64,000 nt of DNA from Balanoglossus misakiensis (GCA_040954595.2 CM082591.2:7058047-7122046); one strand, 5' to 3'. Shown: positions 29,501 to 40,211, numbered from the stretch's first letter. Numbers and translations: made by a program. Notes: a model not told the origin generated them from the sequence alone.

Positions 29501-32500
29501 TGTTGTATTTGCAACTTTCGAAGTAGCATTTTCAACACACATATTAGCATTTCACAACTTCAGATTGGCATGTTAAACAATCAAATCCACAGTTCGCTAC
29601 TACTCAAAAGCTCAAGATCCCATAGTATGATAGTAGTACTGTAGTTAGTGGCAAGTTTGTTAGGGGGGTCCATAGCAATAGTTACCGGAAAGTTTATTTC
29701 TAAATCACTTGTTGTATCAGTGAATTAATTTTTGGACAATGTGAAGTTGAGTTTGTTCACACCCACGTCTATGGTAGTTTACTGCATGATTTTGACCACC
29801 CTGACAGAGAAATACTGTAAAACGGGAAATTTTCATGACAGGAAATGTTTGCGATATCAAAAGAGGCAACTGTTACGCGATGATTAATTTTCACGTTCTC
29901 GTATTTCACTGCAATTTCCTGTTTTATGATAGATTTAAAACATAACTGTGAGAGTCTTGCAGTTGAACACTGTTGAGATGTATCAGGGCTTGCGTTCATG
30001 TCTATTTCTTGCATTTGCACACAAAAATACAATGCTTGCAAATATTTTGTCACGGCACCTTCCGACGAGGAGAGATCCACTTAGACAAGATAAGCAAATC
30101 ATTGAGACACATTACCTGGATCAAATTTGTCTTTCAAAGCTTGATTTTCGTATTCTGTTTCTGATTCGTTGTCACTGACATTGTAATCATGCGTGCGTTC
30201 CCAGTCTTCAAACACAGACACACTTGTTCGATATCCTTCGTTGCGACCTGTCAGACATCAAAAGCAACAGTTTATATATTATAAAAACACTCATCTATAC
30301 CTGTAAATATACAACAACTGTGTCCTCCCCAGGAATTTCTGATAAAATATTGGCTAATTTGCATGACAAAATAGATACTTGTTTCTATTGACCGCAAATT
30401 TTTATTTCCAATATTAAGAGATAAACAATCGAAAGTTGCTTCAGCAAAATAAAAGAAAAAGTTTAAGACTTCGATTTTTGAGGAGCATACTACCTTAAAA
30501 TGAGATTTGGCAGAGAAAATAGACATTTACAGTAAGAAAAACGTATTCAAATCTTACCTGTATAATATCCATAGTGTCTGAGATGATTACGCATAAAGCT
30601 CTCATAGGGATTCTGAAAAAAAAAATAATACAAATTGTCAATTGTGATACACTTAGCACATCAGTTGAATCTATCTTAACAGGGGCACATTTACATGTAC
30701 ATGTTTGTAAATTTTCACTTTATTTTCAGTATTTTTGTTCTGTGTACCATGTAATTTCCTTTTCTACTCCAAACAGCATGCTAATTTAACCAGTACTGCA
30801 CTTGTCAACATACATGTAGCCTGTATGTGTTTAGCGGTCATTGTTTTATAATAAATGTTCTAATTGTTGACAAATGAATTCTAGTCCAGACTAGAATACA
30901 AATTTCGCACAATAACTATACTGACAACATATACATAGGATTAGGTTGAGTTAATAAGCTGGATACAAGACATTTCTTCATGTTTCAGGAATTTGAACAA
31001 GAACCTGCAGTAGATACAGAAAACAAAATTTCGGAAAATATAGCGTAAAGTTACAACTAATGGACCATTAATTCTTTCAATCTCTTCTCTGCTGAATACA
31101 AATATCTCAATTTTATTTTAAATTAATGGACCTATATCACTTTCCTACAAGCGTAACACACCATTAGTTTCAAGGAGTTTATATGGTAGCCTAGAATCCT
31201 ATTCAACAAATTGTTTGCATTGCATAAATTTATGGAGTCATACGATAGTGTACCAGCCAGAGGAATTTATACTTGAGAACAACCATTTGAAATGACCTGT
31301 AGGCAAAAAACAAACACTTGAAATACAAAAGATTTAGCATTTCATGAACTAATGAATTTATGATGGTGCAGTACAAAGTACACGGCCCCTAGGTTACAAC
31401 TATTGTAATTGATCTTTTAACCTTTTCCATGGTAACCAACTATGATAAAGTGAAATATTGAGTTAATACTGTGCAGAGGGTCTTGTTGACATTGAACTGT
31501 TTGTTTTAATGCGTATTGATTATTGCAAGGTAAACTGTTCAATTGAAGCCTTCAATAGTACAATGTAACTCTAACTTTTAGCTATTTTTCAGTATTTTTC
31601 TCCTATATAGACCAATTTCTTGTTGTACTCTGGATAGCTTTTTGGAATATCTAGTAGTTTCTCAACAAAGCCTGTATTTGAGTAGGGGTCATTGTTATTG
31701 TTGACAAATGATTTCAAGTCCTGAATTCAATTTTCAACAATAACATTGAAATGCAATCAAGATTACTACTGAACCAGTTTTAGGAGGTGGGAATTTGACC
31801 AAGTGGTTTTGTGTGTGGACTTGCTTATCTGAATTGGGTATTGTATATCCGGATTCAAATCCTGTAAAATACAAGTTGATGATCAATGATCATGACAATT
31901 GCTTTATAGTAACCTCTTCACCACCATGGTTAAGTCCAAACCCATTGTTTTCTATGGTAAGGATTGACCTCTATAGAGGGAACTGGGCCGAAAGGGTTAA
32001 ACAATTCAAAATGGTCACTAAAAGAAGTACAAAGCCTAGTTGTTGATACAATCAAACCATGAACATAATTTTAACTTTGTTGGGTGAATTTCAGAACTTA
32101 AGTTAAGTGTTTTGTGATTTAACAATTTTCCATATTTATCAAAATCTGGATGAATCATAGAAATAATTATGGTACTCTTTAATACATCATTAACATTACC
32201 TTCACAGACCAAAGCAAACATATCTATTTCATTAAATTTAATTAATAAACAGTTGCAATGTCACAGTTTGTGTTCATTCATCTCCACCACTTTACTTCTT
32301 GTTTATTTGTTGGTTGTGTGTTGTGGAAGTATTGCTTTTCTGTATTTGCTTTCTCTATTTTTCATGTAGAAAAAATTAATTCATAAAGACGTGTGCGCAT
32401 TAAACTTCTCACAGAACTTGTCGATGTGTGACGTACAATGACGCAATGTATTTGCAAATCACTGACTCGCAGCTATCTTCATGAAGTTGAAATTATTACT

Positions 32501-32551
32501 TACCATTTCATATTCTAAATCACGTTCCGGTTTGTACGGATTTCCCGGCAT
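725..32551 (-). CDS. AGBL2: Cytosolic carboxypeptidase 2-like (M14D tubulin deglutamylase, AGBL2/CCP2 family); 30 exons, at least 1318 codons, 3' end probably beyond the window
   Basis: GT-AG exons with consistent phases: 32504-32551, 30558-30612, 30116-30247, 27331-27398, 26966-27039, 26348-26430, 25724-25806, 24549-24682, 23562-23694, 21153-21274, 20605-20725, 19955-20092, 18963-19073, 18301-18470, 17538-17697, 16957-17058, 16309-16434, 14068-14204, 13590-13656, 12623-12775, 12021-12140, 11568-11634, 10317-10460, 9429-9701, 8694-8778, 6748-7148, 6339-6416, 5261-5330, 3757-4131, 725-848. Motifs: [17 protein letters not shown] (AGBL2-like N-terminus), [22 protein letters not shown] (Zn ligands), [30 protein letters not shown] (catalytic Glu), [15 protein letters not shown]. 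Tail exons below about 12100 are less certain, and AGBL2 versus AGBL3 cannot be fully resolved. Confidence 0.92.
1017..1101. mobile_element. Tiny piggyBac-like MITE (about 85 bp); copies at about 4585-4669, 11922-12006, 17344-17428 and 31912-31996
   Basis: TTAA-ccctttcacc ... ggtgaaaggg-TTAA (CCC ends with TTAA). Confidence 0.85.
2688..3033. mobile_element. Fold-back (almost fully palindromic) TTAA MITE, family A
   Basis: TTAA-agggacaaa.tctctctctcgctgccc ... gggcagc.agagagagactttgtccct-TTAA; copies at about 24775-25107 and 33204-33460. Confidence 0.9.
3270..3420. repeat. Degenerate repeat of about 11 bp (gacatgtgata)
   Basis: Multiple gacatgtga units; these explain the spurious H/M/C-rich ORFs here. 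Confidence 0.7.
4209..4533. mobile_element. MITE, same family as 42987-43346
   Basis: cactgt-cagaggttccgttaa ... ttaacggaaccactg-cactgt. Confidence 0.82.
4842..5005. mobile_element. Tigger/MER-like MITE (cagtcaaac TIR, TA TSD); related copies at about 15250-15411, 25337-25511 and 26574-26650
   Basis: ta-cagtcaaacttgtg ... cacaggtttgactg-ta. Confidence 0.8.
5425..5601. mobile_element. TTAA MITE family D; second copy at about 20870-21053
   Basis: ttaa-aggtatacggtcacct ... aggtgactgtatacct-ttaa. Confidence 0.85.
7204..7401. mobile_element. TA-flanked MITE with ctgtaaaac TIR; copies at about 133-236, 3488-3678, 14271-14477, 24337-24490 and 29815-29915
   Basis: ta-ctgtaaaacaggaaatttt ... aaaattt.c.gttttacag-ta. 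Confidence 0.8.
7417..7764 (+). mobile_element. TTAA MITE family B (about 350 bp); further full or partial copies at about 12795, 14590-14920, 18575-18930, 25880-26222, 27500-27620, 30680-31068 and 31565-31750
   Basis: ttaa-agggacaacagct ... cagctaatggagct-ttaa; shared core ccacttgtcaacata..tgtatgtgtgtaac..cattgttattgttgacaaatgaattctagtc. Confidence 0.85.
8971..9303. mobile_element. TTAA MITE family C; copies in the opposite orientation at about 15925-16241 and 20219-20551
   Basis: ttaa-agggcgatgattgtcttat ... ataagacaatcgtcagcct-ttaa; internal sequence shared with the other copies. Confidence 0.85.
9999..10169. mobile_element. Small TAG...CTA MITE with near-perfect 9-bp TSD (AcademH-like); related inverted fragment at 1-80
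   Basis: gtgttcccc-tagactctctcacag ... ctgtgagagagtcta-gtgtccccc. Confidence 0.7.
11075..11500 (-). mobile_element. Second hairpin plus subTIR element (HINE-like)
   Basis: Hairpin aggttattacga.ggacattagcgc...gcgctaatgtcc...tcgtaataacct; subTIR tattattatacatct / agatgtataataata. Confidence 0.6.
12880..13547 (-). mobile_element. pearl/DINE-1-like (Helentron-associated) element end carrying a long (TACA)n/(CAGA)n microsatellite
   Basis: Minus strand begins ttttagctctcattcggtatg..ataccacaggagcttatggggttgg..catctgtc followed by (TGTA)n at 12993-13485. The same layout occurs at 57279. Confidence 0.7.
17538..17697 (-). CDS. AGBL2: AGBL2-like exon with third zinc ligand (DLHGHS)
   Basis: [18 protein letters not shown]. 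Confidence 0.95.
18301..18470 (-). CDS. AGBL2: AGBL2-like exon, catalytic domain
   Basis: [37 protein letters not shown]. Confidence 0.95.
18963..19073 (-). CDS. AGBL2: AGBL2-like exon with zinc-binding HPGE motif
   Basis: [37 protein letters not shown]; AG/GT boundaries, phase 0-0. Confidence 0.95.
19091..19407. repeat. Minisatellite, about 10 x 32 bp
   Basis: Unit aattttgagaaattgaacgtttccgattaatg. Confidence 0.95.
21560..22500. mobile_element. pogo/Tigger-like non-autonomous element, TA TSD
   Basis: ta-ccgtatattctcacaaataagcgccac ... gtggcgcttatttgtgagaatatacgg-ta; subterminal aggcgcca repeats. Confidence 0.9.
24549..24682 (-). CDS. AGBL2: AGBL2-like exon, CCP N-domain with FESGNL motif
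   Basis: [12 protein letters not shown]...[18 protein letters not shown]; flanked by ttttcag and gtgag. Confidence 0.93.
24775..25107. mobile_element. Fold-back TTAA MITE, family A copy
   Basis: High similarity to 2688-3033; right end actttgtccct-ttaa. Confidence 0.88.
26458..26513. repeat. (ATTT)n microsatellite
   Basis: Direct reading. Confidence 0.95.
28679..29449. mobile_element. MITE with long TIRs and a 9-bp TSD (Mutator/Merlin-like)
   Basis: TSD ccaaaattc at 28670-28678 and 29450-29458; TIR ggctagttatactttgcgaaacaac... longer than 100 bp, with internal cgaaac repeats. Confidence 0.9.
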
Positions 32552-32965
32552 TTTACTGTCTTATCAGAGTATAATCCATGAAGAGATTAACTGTCACAGG
32601 CCACCACCAGCACCGTCCCTCCTGATGCGAAAGATGGTGGTTGTTACATACATGTACCAATGTCACTTTTGTCAGTACTAATACTATGTACAAGATGTTG
32701 AAGTGTTTTGGCAATGTAAATATTCCCCACGGAGCGACTTGAACGAGCACTATTAAAAACTGCAATGTATTTCCGGATCGGACAGTAAACCTCTGCGAAG
32801 TAGGCCGTAGAGACAGCAACAGCGCTAGACGACACCACGAATCGGCGAAAGCATTCGTGAAGTTGACACTGGGCTCCGGTGCAAGTTCTGTCCTAGTCCG
32901 TTGGGATAAACCCACGCATCCTCCGTTTCCCAAGTACGCCTAACACCAGCGCACGACAGAAAGTA

Positions 32966-33130
32966 CCTGTTAGCAATCGAGCGGGTTCAATATCTTCAAA
33001 TGCGTCCTCATTTTATCAAATAGCGTCCCAGTTCCAACGTTTGACCGAACTCACAGCTCACCAACTGGTATGTGTTTATCCAGAATCCGCCATCTTGAAT
33101 TTCAACTGGAGGCGACTTGGAAACCGTGCA
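32966..33130 (-). promoter_or_regulatory. Putative non-coding first exon / promoter of the AGBL2-like gene
   Basis: CpG-richer patch; minus-strand donor CAG/gtact near 32966; YY1-like AAGATGGCGG at about 33087-33096. Confidence 0.3.
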
Positions 33131-33203
33131 TAACAACCAGATCTCAAGGGACCGTCAATAGGGGGCGCAGTTGCACAAGAGCAAGGTCATTGAGAAACGG
33201 TCA

Positions 33204-33211
33204 AAGGGACA

Positions 33212-33296
<85 letters not shown>

Positions 33297-33460
33297 TGTC
33301 CCTTTCCCATTAATTATGTGTGATATAAGTCACAGCTTATGTTTATATTCTACATGTGGATATATAGTGAATCAACGTTCGACCACACACAACTTCCATC
33401 CCTCTTATAGACACGAGTGTGAAAATCTCGCCAAAATGAATAAAGGGTAGAGACCGATTA
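33204..33460. mobile_element. Half copy of family A MITE with expanded (TC)n microsatellite
   Basis: agggacaaag-(tc)n-acacactgtccctttcccattaattatg... matches the left arm of 2688-3033. Confidence 0.85.
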
Positions 33461-34060
33461 TAATGTACATTGTAACACTATTGCAATGAAACTAGGAACA
33501 TACAGGTAACCTTTGACTTGAAGAGGTGTCCTGACTAGCCAACGTCATAAACGGGTCACCAGGATAGTTGAGAAGGGGGTTAAAATCTGACACTATGTCA
33601 GGGGGATCTTAATTTGATTGAAATCAGCATAGGGTTGGCGGTTCTCTGGGTCCGAGGACAGAACAGAACAGCAAAGGATCAGCAAAGGTAAAGATCGAGC
33701 CAACCCTACATTAGTATTACACATTCGATCCGACGACAGCCCGTGGAGTATACTGTATGTGCAAACCAAAAACAAGCCCAGATGATAAAGTTGTTTGTAA
33801 ATTTTATTTTGTGGGGAAATAATTATATTGTTGGAAGCATAGACACAGTGATCCTTTGGAAGCAGCGAAAGATACTAAATATTGAATTGTTGCTTATTTA
33901 GATAATAATAGGGTAAGTCATTAGAACAAGCATATAGGCCTATTCCTCATGTTTTTCTCAAATGCAGTGCAAATTAACAGTTACTGGATTGCATTTTTCA
34001 CTAAATATGGGCAGTCTCGCTACATTAAATAGCTTTTGGCCGCCTAGATTATTTACGAAA

Positions 34061-36740
34061 TTCCGTTGTGATGCCTGAGCGAAAAAGAAAGTTTTCCGGT
34101 AGACTCTGTAGATCGACGTTTTGTTCTAAAATAGCCATGGATGCTTCCAAACACCGTCTCGCTATTTGCATATTCTGTTGTGATGCGTAGAACGCATAGG
34201 CCTGAGCGAAAAAGAAAGTTTTCCGGTAGACTCTGTAGATCGACGTTTTGTTCTAAAATAGCCATGGATGCTTCCAAACACCGTCTCGTCATTTGCATAT
34301 TCCGTTGTGATGCGTAGAACACATAGGCCTGAGCGAAAAAGAAAGTTTTCCGGTAGACTCTGTAGATCGACGTTTTGTTCTAAAATATCCATGGATGCTT
34401 CCAAAAACCGTCTCGCTATTTGCATATTCTGTTGTGATGCGTAGAACACATAGGCCTGAGCGAAAAAGAAAGTTTTCCGGTAGACTCTGTAGATCGACGT
34501 TTTGTTCTAAAATATCCATGGATGCTTCCAAACACCGTCTCCTTATTTGCATATTCCGTTGTGATGCGTAGAACACATAGGCCTGAGCGAAAAAGAAAGT
34601 TTTCCGGTAGACTCTGTAGATCGACGGGTTGTTCTAAAATATCCATGGATGCTTCCAAACACCGTCTCCTTATTTGCATATTCCGTTGTGATGCGTAGAA
34701 CACATAGGCCTGAGCGAAAAAGAAAGTTTTCCGGTAGACTCTGTAGATCGACGTTTTGTTCTAAAATATCCATGGATGCTTCCAAACACCGTCTCGCTAT
34801 TTGCATATTCCGTTGTGATGCGTAGAACACATAGGCCTGAGCGAAAAAGAAAGTTTTCCGGTAGACTCTGTAGATCGACGTTTTGTTCTAAAATATCCAT
34901 GGATGCTTCCAAACACCGTCTCCTTATTTGCATATTCCGTTGTGATGCGTAGAACACATAGGCCTGAGCGAAAAAGAAAGTTTTCCGGTAGACTCTGTAG
35001 ATCGACGTTTTGTTCTAAAATATCCATGGATGCTTCCAAAAACCGTCTCGTCATTTGCATATTCCGTTGTGATGCGTAGAACACATAGGCCTGAGCGAAA
35101 AAGAAAGTTTTCCGGTAGACTCTGTAGATCGACGGGTTGTTCTAAAATTTCCATGGATGCTTCCAAACACCGTCTCCTTATTTGCATATTCCGTTGTGAT
35201 GCGTAGAACACATAGGCCTGAGCGAAAAAGAAAGTTTTCCGGTAGACTCTGTAGATCGACGTTTTGTTCTAAAATATCCATGGATGCTTCCAAACACCGT
35301 CTCGCTATTTGCATATTCCGTTGTGATGCGTAGAACACATAGGCCTGAGCGAAAAAGAAAGTTTTCCGGTAGACTCTGTAGATCGACGTTTTGTTCTAAA
35401 ATATCCATGGATGCTTCCAAACACCGTCTCGCTATTTGCATATTCCGTTGTGATGCGAGAACACATAGGCCTGAGCGAATAAGAAAGTTTTCCGGTAGAC
35501 TCTGTAGATCAACGTTTTGTTCTAAAATATCCATGGATGCTTCCAAAAACCGTCTCGTCATTTGCATATTCCGTTGTGATGCGTAGAACACATAGGCCTG
35601 AGCGCAGAAGAAAGTTTTCCGGTAGACACTGTAGATCGACGTTTTGTTCTAAAATATCCATGGATGATTCCAAACACCGTCTCCTTATTTGCATATTCCG
35701 TTGTGATGCGTAGAACACACAGGCCTGAGCGAAAAAGAAAGTTTTCCGGTAGACTCTGTAGATCGACGTTTTGTTCTAAAATATCCATGGATGCTTCCAA
35801 AAACCGTCTCGCTATTTGCATATTCTGTTGTGATGCGTAGAACACATAGGCCTGAGCGAAAAAGAAAGTTTTCCGATAGACTCTGTAGATCGACGTTTTG
35901 TTCTAAAATATCCATGGATGCTTCCAAACACCGTCTCGTTATTTGCATATTCCGCTGTGATGCGTAGAACACATAGGCCTGAGCGAAAAAGAAAGTTTTC
36001 CGATAGACTCTGTAGATCGACGTTTTTTCTAAAATATCCATGGATGCTTCCAAAAACCGTCTCGCTATTTGCATATTCTGTTGTGATGCGTAGAACACAC
36101 AGGCCTGAGCGAAAAAGAAAGTTTTCCGGTAGACTCTGTAGATCGACGGGTTGTTCTAAAATATCCATGGATGCTTCCAAACACCGTCTCCTTATTTGCA
36201 TATTCCGTTGTGATGCGTAGAACACATAGGCCTGAGCGAAAAAGAAAGTTTTCCGGTAGACTCTGTAGATCGACGGGTTGTTCTAAAATATCCATGGATG
36301 CTTCCAAACACCGTCTCGCTATTTGCATATTCCGTTGTGATGCGTAGAACACATAGGCCTGAGCGAAAAAGAAAGTTTTCCGGTAGACTCTGTAGATCGA
36401 CGTTTTGTTCTAAAATATCCATGGATGCTTCCAAACACCGTCTCCTTATTTGCATATTCCGTTGTGATGCGTAGAACACATAGGCCTGAGCGAAAAAGAA
36501 AGTTTTCCGGTAGACTCTGTAGATCGACGTTTTGTTCTAAAATATCCATGGATGCTTCCAAACACCGTCTCGCTATTTGCATATTCCGTTGTGATGCGTA
36601 GAACACATAGGCCTGAGCGGATAAGAAAATTTTCCGGTAGACTCTGTAGATCGACGTTTTGTTCTGAAATATCCATGGATGCTTCCAAACACCGTCTCGT
36701 CATTTGCATATTCCGTTCTGAAGCGCAGAACACATATGAT
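34061..36740. repeat. Satellite-like tandem array, 21 x 127 bp
   Basis: Unit cctgagcgaaaaagaaagttttccggtagactctgtagatcgacg...atttgcatattccgttgtgatgcgtagaacacatagg recurs every 127 bp (two units of 126) from 34074 to 36612, with very high identity. Confidence 0.98.
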
Positions 36741-36893
36741 TGAGTGATTCACGAAACAGCGTTGTAGAGATTTTACCGTCTTTCGTTTCTCCTACTACCC
36801 TTCCTTATACTCCGCTCTACTCTTGTATTTAGCTCGTTTTATCGGACCAGTAGAACCTCATACCTCGTATACATATATAATATGTACAAAATA

Positions 36894-37050
36894 CTAGCCC
36901 GGAGACCAGGGCGTCGAAAAGAGACGGCGTTGTATTCTAGAATCGACGCCCTGGTCTCCGGGATAACCAAATACATACATACATACAGACAGACAGACAG
37001 GCAGGCAGACAGACAGACAGACAGACAGACATGTACTCCTAAATTTTATT
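36894..37050 (-). mobile_element. Short Helitron-like end: perfect 20-bp stem-loop adjacent to CTAG|T, with a (TACA)/(CAGA) microsatellite
   Basis: Arms cccggagaccagggcgtcga (36898-36917) and tcgacgccctggtctccggg (36943-36962); minus-strand terminus CTAG at 36894-36897 followed by T. Confidence 0.6.
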
Positions 37051-38142
37051 CTCAGAAATATTGGTTCAGTGACTTTGAATTGATCCTAGGTCAAGTTTCA
37101 ATTTTGGGAGTTAACAATCATCTCCATCATGGCACTTTATACAAATATTTACATTCCATTACATGAAATATGTAACACACAACGAAAGGTTCACGCCTCT
37201 TCTTTAGTAAACTGGTATTTATGAGTAAATCACCTTTCACTGCCTATGTTGTAAATAATTCAAGGTAAAATTCTTTGTTGGATAATAATAAACGATTCAA
37301 GCAGACCTCTCTTGAATACCTTGTAAACATCAATTCTTCTATATTCTTCCGTTTTCTGTACTCTTGTATTCTGTGCGTAATATTCACAATCAAATTAAAT
37401 TAAAATCCACCCATAAAACATAATACTGATAACAATTTTGTTCAAAGCATTTGCAAAATCGTGAGTTTATCATGGAAGTCAAAATACAGCTTCTACGGCT
37501 TAGCTGGATACTCTGTTGATTTCACAATACATAAAATAAGTTTAAATTTTTCTCCCCATAATGTATGAACTGAAATTATAACACCAGTGAAAGCAACTAA
37601 TATTTTACCCAACACAATACAACAATATATAACAGAACTTCGGGTCATGTTATGTACTGTCAGTCATTCAATTGACAGTTTCTGTGGACTTCAGAGCACA
37701 ACGCCAGAAATCCGAATTGTTTGTCCATGTAAGTATTATACAATGAATATTATTTGGGTGTAAACTTACATGAAATTAAGTGCGAGTCAAGATTAAAGCC
37801 CCTATAGCTGCCAAATTTCACATAATTTTTTTCCACAGTAAAATACTTCAAATATATTCCCTATCCTCTAAAATCCTCACCATTAAGCTATATTTACTTG
37901 CATTTGCATCAGTTTGTCATCTCTTGGCGACGTATACCACGATAATTGTGTACTGTTTGTATGGGGGCTGATTAAATCGGTGCTGCACCTGTTTAATATA
38001 TTCAAATTGCAACATGCAGTCACAATCGGGCATCGATAAAGTGTTCATGTATACCTATCAGTAAGCTTATTTAGATGGACCAATCTAAGTTGGAAAATAA
38101 AATCATGCAAAAGTGGCAGCCCCAGAGGCTTTAAAGAATTGA

Positions 38143-38486
38143 AATTATTATTATTATTATTATTAAGAATTGTTTAAAATGCGCTACACATACGTCTCAG
38201 CACATTGTACATAGCTAAAAGAGTAGATTAAAAAATACAAGGCTGGTAAAAATAATTAAAAAGACACAATCACACGAACACATTACACATAAAACTGAGT
38301 AAAAAGGTATGTTTTCAAATTACGCTTAAAAATATTGACACTTCTGGCGGTAAATTGTTCCATAAAATGGGTGCACAAACTGAAAAAGCTCTCTGTCCAT
38401 AAGTTTTGTTAAATTTAGCACGAGGATGAGTTAAAAAGAATTGAACACTCGAGCGCAGTTCTCGAGCTGGTTCATCTAAATGTAAA
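38143..38486 (-). mobile_element. L2/CR1-group LINE 3' fragment immediately downstream of the CPTP stop codon
   Basis: Minus translation PARELRSS...KTYGQRAFSVCAPILWNNLP / FKRNLKTYLF* followed by a (TAA)n tail. Confidence 0.85.
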
Positions 38487-40211
38487 TCACCACAATTTTA
38501 ATAGACCGTACATTGCATAGAGCTCTTGGATTTCATCATAGATAATTTGAATAGCTGCTACAACTGGAGTGATCAGTTCGACAACTCTTTCAGGATGCTG
38601 TTTACACAAAGTCTCCATCAACGCTCTCCTTCCCGGCAAAGTATACACTGCAATGTGAGCCATCTTGCGTATGATCCACATGTGATGTTTAGCGAGCGTT
38701 CTGTCGTACACTTCAATGGCGAGCACCGCAACCTTCTTCGAATCGTCACTGTCTCGAAACCGTCGCATAAACTCCATGATGAATTCCAGCGGCCGGTGTA
38801 GTCGCATTAACGTTTTGCATCCTGAATGCAAACCATGGTGTGATTTGCCTTTTGCTATGTTGTGTTCAACTTCGTATTTCATCATGGACTGTACCGTCCT
38901 GTAGTGATCACCATGATCGGATTTTTGATGTTGTTCAAGTGTGTGGATTTTGTCCCGTAGATCTTTAGCAACAAAAGCGAAAATAGGTCCGAGTAGGTCA
39001 AAGAAACTGAAAATTAAACAAAATTCAAAAGTTGTTGATGCAGAACAAAGCAGAATCGTGCAATCATTGAAGGAAATCCATATGCGTGACAGGCTAAGCG
39101 TATTTGCATATTTTTCATGGGTTATAGCTCATAAAAACTGTCAACAGATGACAAATTTTCGACTCTGCTCCTGATTGTTTATCAACTGATGCAAAGTACA
39201 AACAATAGCTATGCAAATACGCCTAGTCTGTCGCCCAGTAACACCAATTGGAAAATGGTATCACCCACACCAAGGTGGGCGGAAGTTGGTCTTGGCACTT
39301 TTTTCCCCATGATTCAAATTACAGTAAATGCCATATTGGAAATTCTGCCAACTTTCCCTCGTTTTTGTAAAAACGCCCAGTGACACCAATTGGAAAATGG
39401 TATCACCCACACCAAGGTGGGCGGAAGTTGGTCCTGGCGCTTTTTTTCCCATGATCCAAATTACAGTAAATGCCATATTGGTGATTCTGATAACTTTCCC
39501 TCGTTTTTGAAAGAAAAAAAGAACGCGCGACTTATACATGGTGAAAATGTTTGTTTCTGAAAGAGTGACCTCAAAGCTACCAAATTATGTAGAAATCAGC
39601 TAGACCGGTGAAAACAAAGTGTAAATGTACACTAGTGTTCTGTTGACATTGTATTGGGCCACACTATAGGTGGGTTATACAACACGCAGTATGAATGTCG
39701 TCAGCGAGACTTCTTTCACCTGGTAATAAAGTGTCTCGCTTGGGATTTATGGATCTTTTGAATTGAAATGCCAGGCGAGCGCACCTAGGACTCTACCATT
39801 CTCTGGTAGCGATGGTGAGCATTAAGGTTAACATTAGCGTTAGGGTATGGTTATGATTTTATTCAAAATGACCCTATTTAAAACCAAAACTTGATTTAAT
39901 TCATAAAACTAAATCACTTTAGTCATTTAAAAAACAGTCATAACAGTAACGCCAACCCTAACCCCAATGCTAACCTACGTCGCCAGAGAATGGTATAATC
40001 CAAGGTGCGCTCGCTTGGCATTTCAATTCAAATGATCCGGATATTTATTACACATGTACAATATACTTTTGAGCAATAAAAGATTAACTTACCGGGCCAG
40101 TTCAGAATATGCCGCTAAGTACTTATCAAGAAATACAATGTTCTCCTTGGGGTGACTAGCCTTAGCTTCTTCAAGAACAACTGTCAGATCGAATGCATTG
40201 ACGCCTCCCAT
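38487..40211 (-). CDS. CPTP: Ceramide-1-phosphate transfer protein (GLTP-fold, CPTP/GLTPD1-like), 2 exons, 212 aa
   Basis: Exon 40093-40211 (MGGVNAFDLTVVLEE...YLAAYSELAR, gtaag donor) joins exon 38487-39006 (FFDLLGPIFAFVAKDLRDKI...SGCKTLMRLHRPLEF...YDRTLAKHHMWIIRK...LPGR). Total 639 bp, in frame. Motifs are typical of CPTP/ACD11-type GLTP domains. Confidence 0.9.
39232..39510. repeat. Tandem duplication, 2 x 142 bp
   Basis: cgcccagtRacaccaattggaaaatggtatcaccc... at 39232 and 39374. Confidence 0.92.
39750..40038. mobile_element. MITE with long imperfect TIRs in the CPTP intron
   Basis: ggatc.tttgaattgaaatgcca.gcgagcgcacct.gga...taccattctctgg matches its reverse complement at about 39983-40038. 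Confidence 0.8.

Noticed and set aside
28357-31862. Extra candidate AGBL2 exons (about 28357-28650, 31160-31296, 31768-31861)
   Set aside because: They contain stops in the required phase, or their phases do not fit the reconstructed exon chain.
34053-36743. Stack of 95-aa ORFs / CRISPR-like periodicity
   Set aside because: These come from translating a 127-bp satellite; there are no unique spacers and no cas genes, and the context is eukaryotic.
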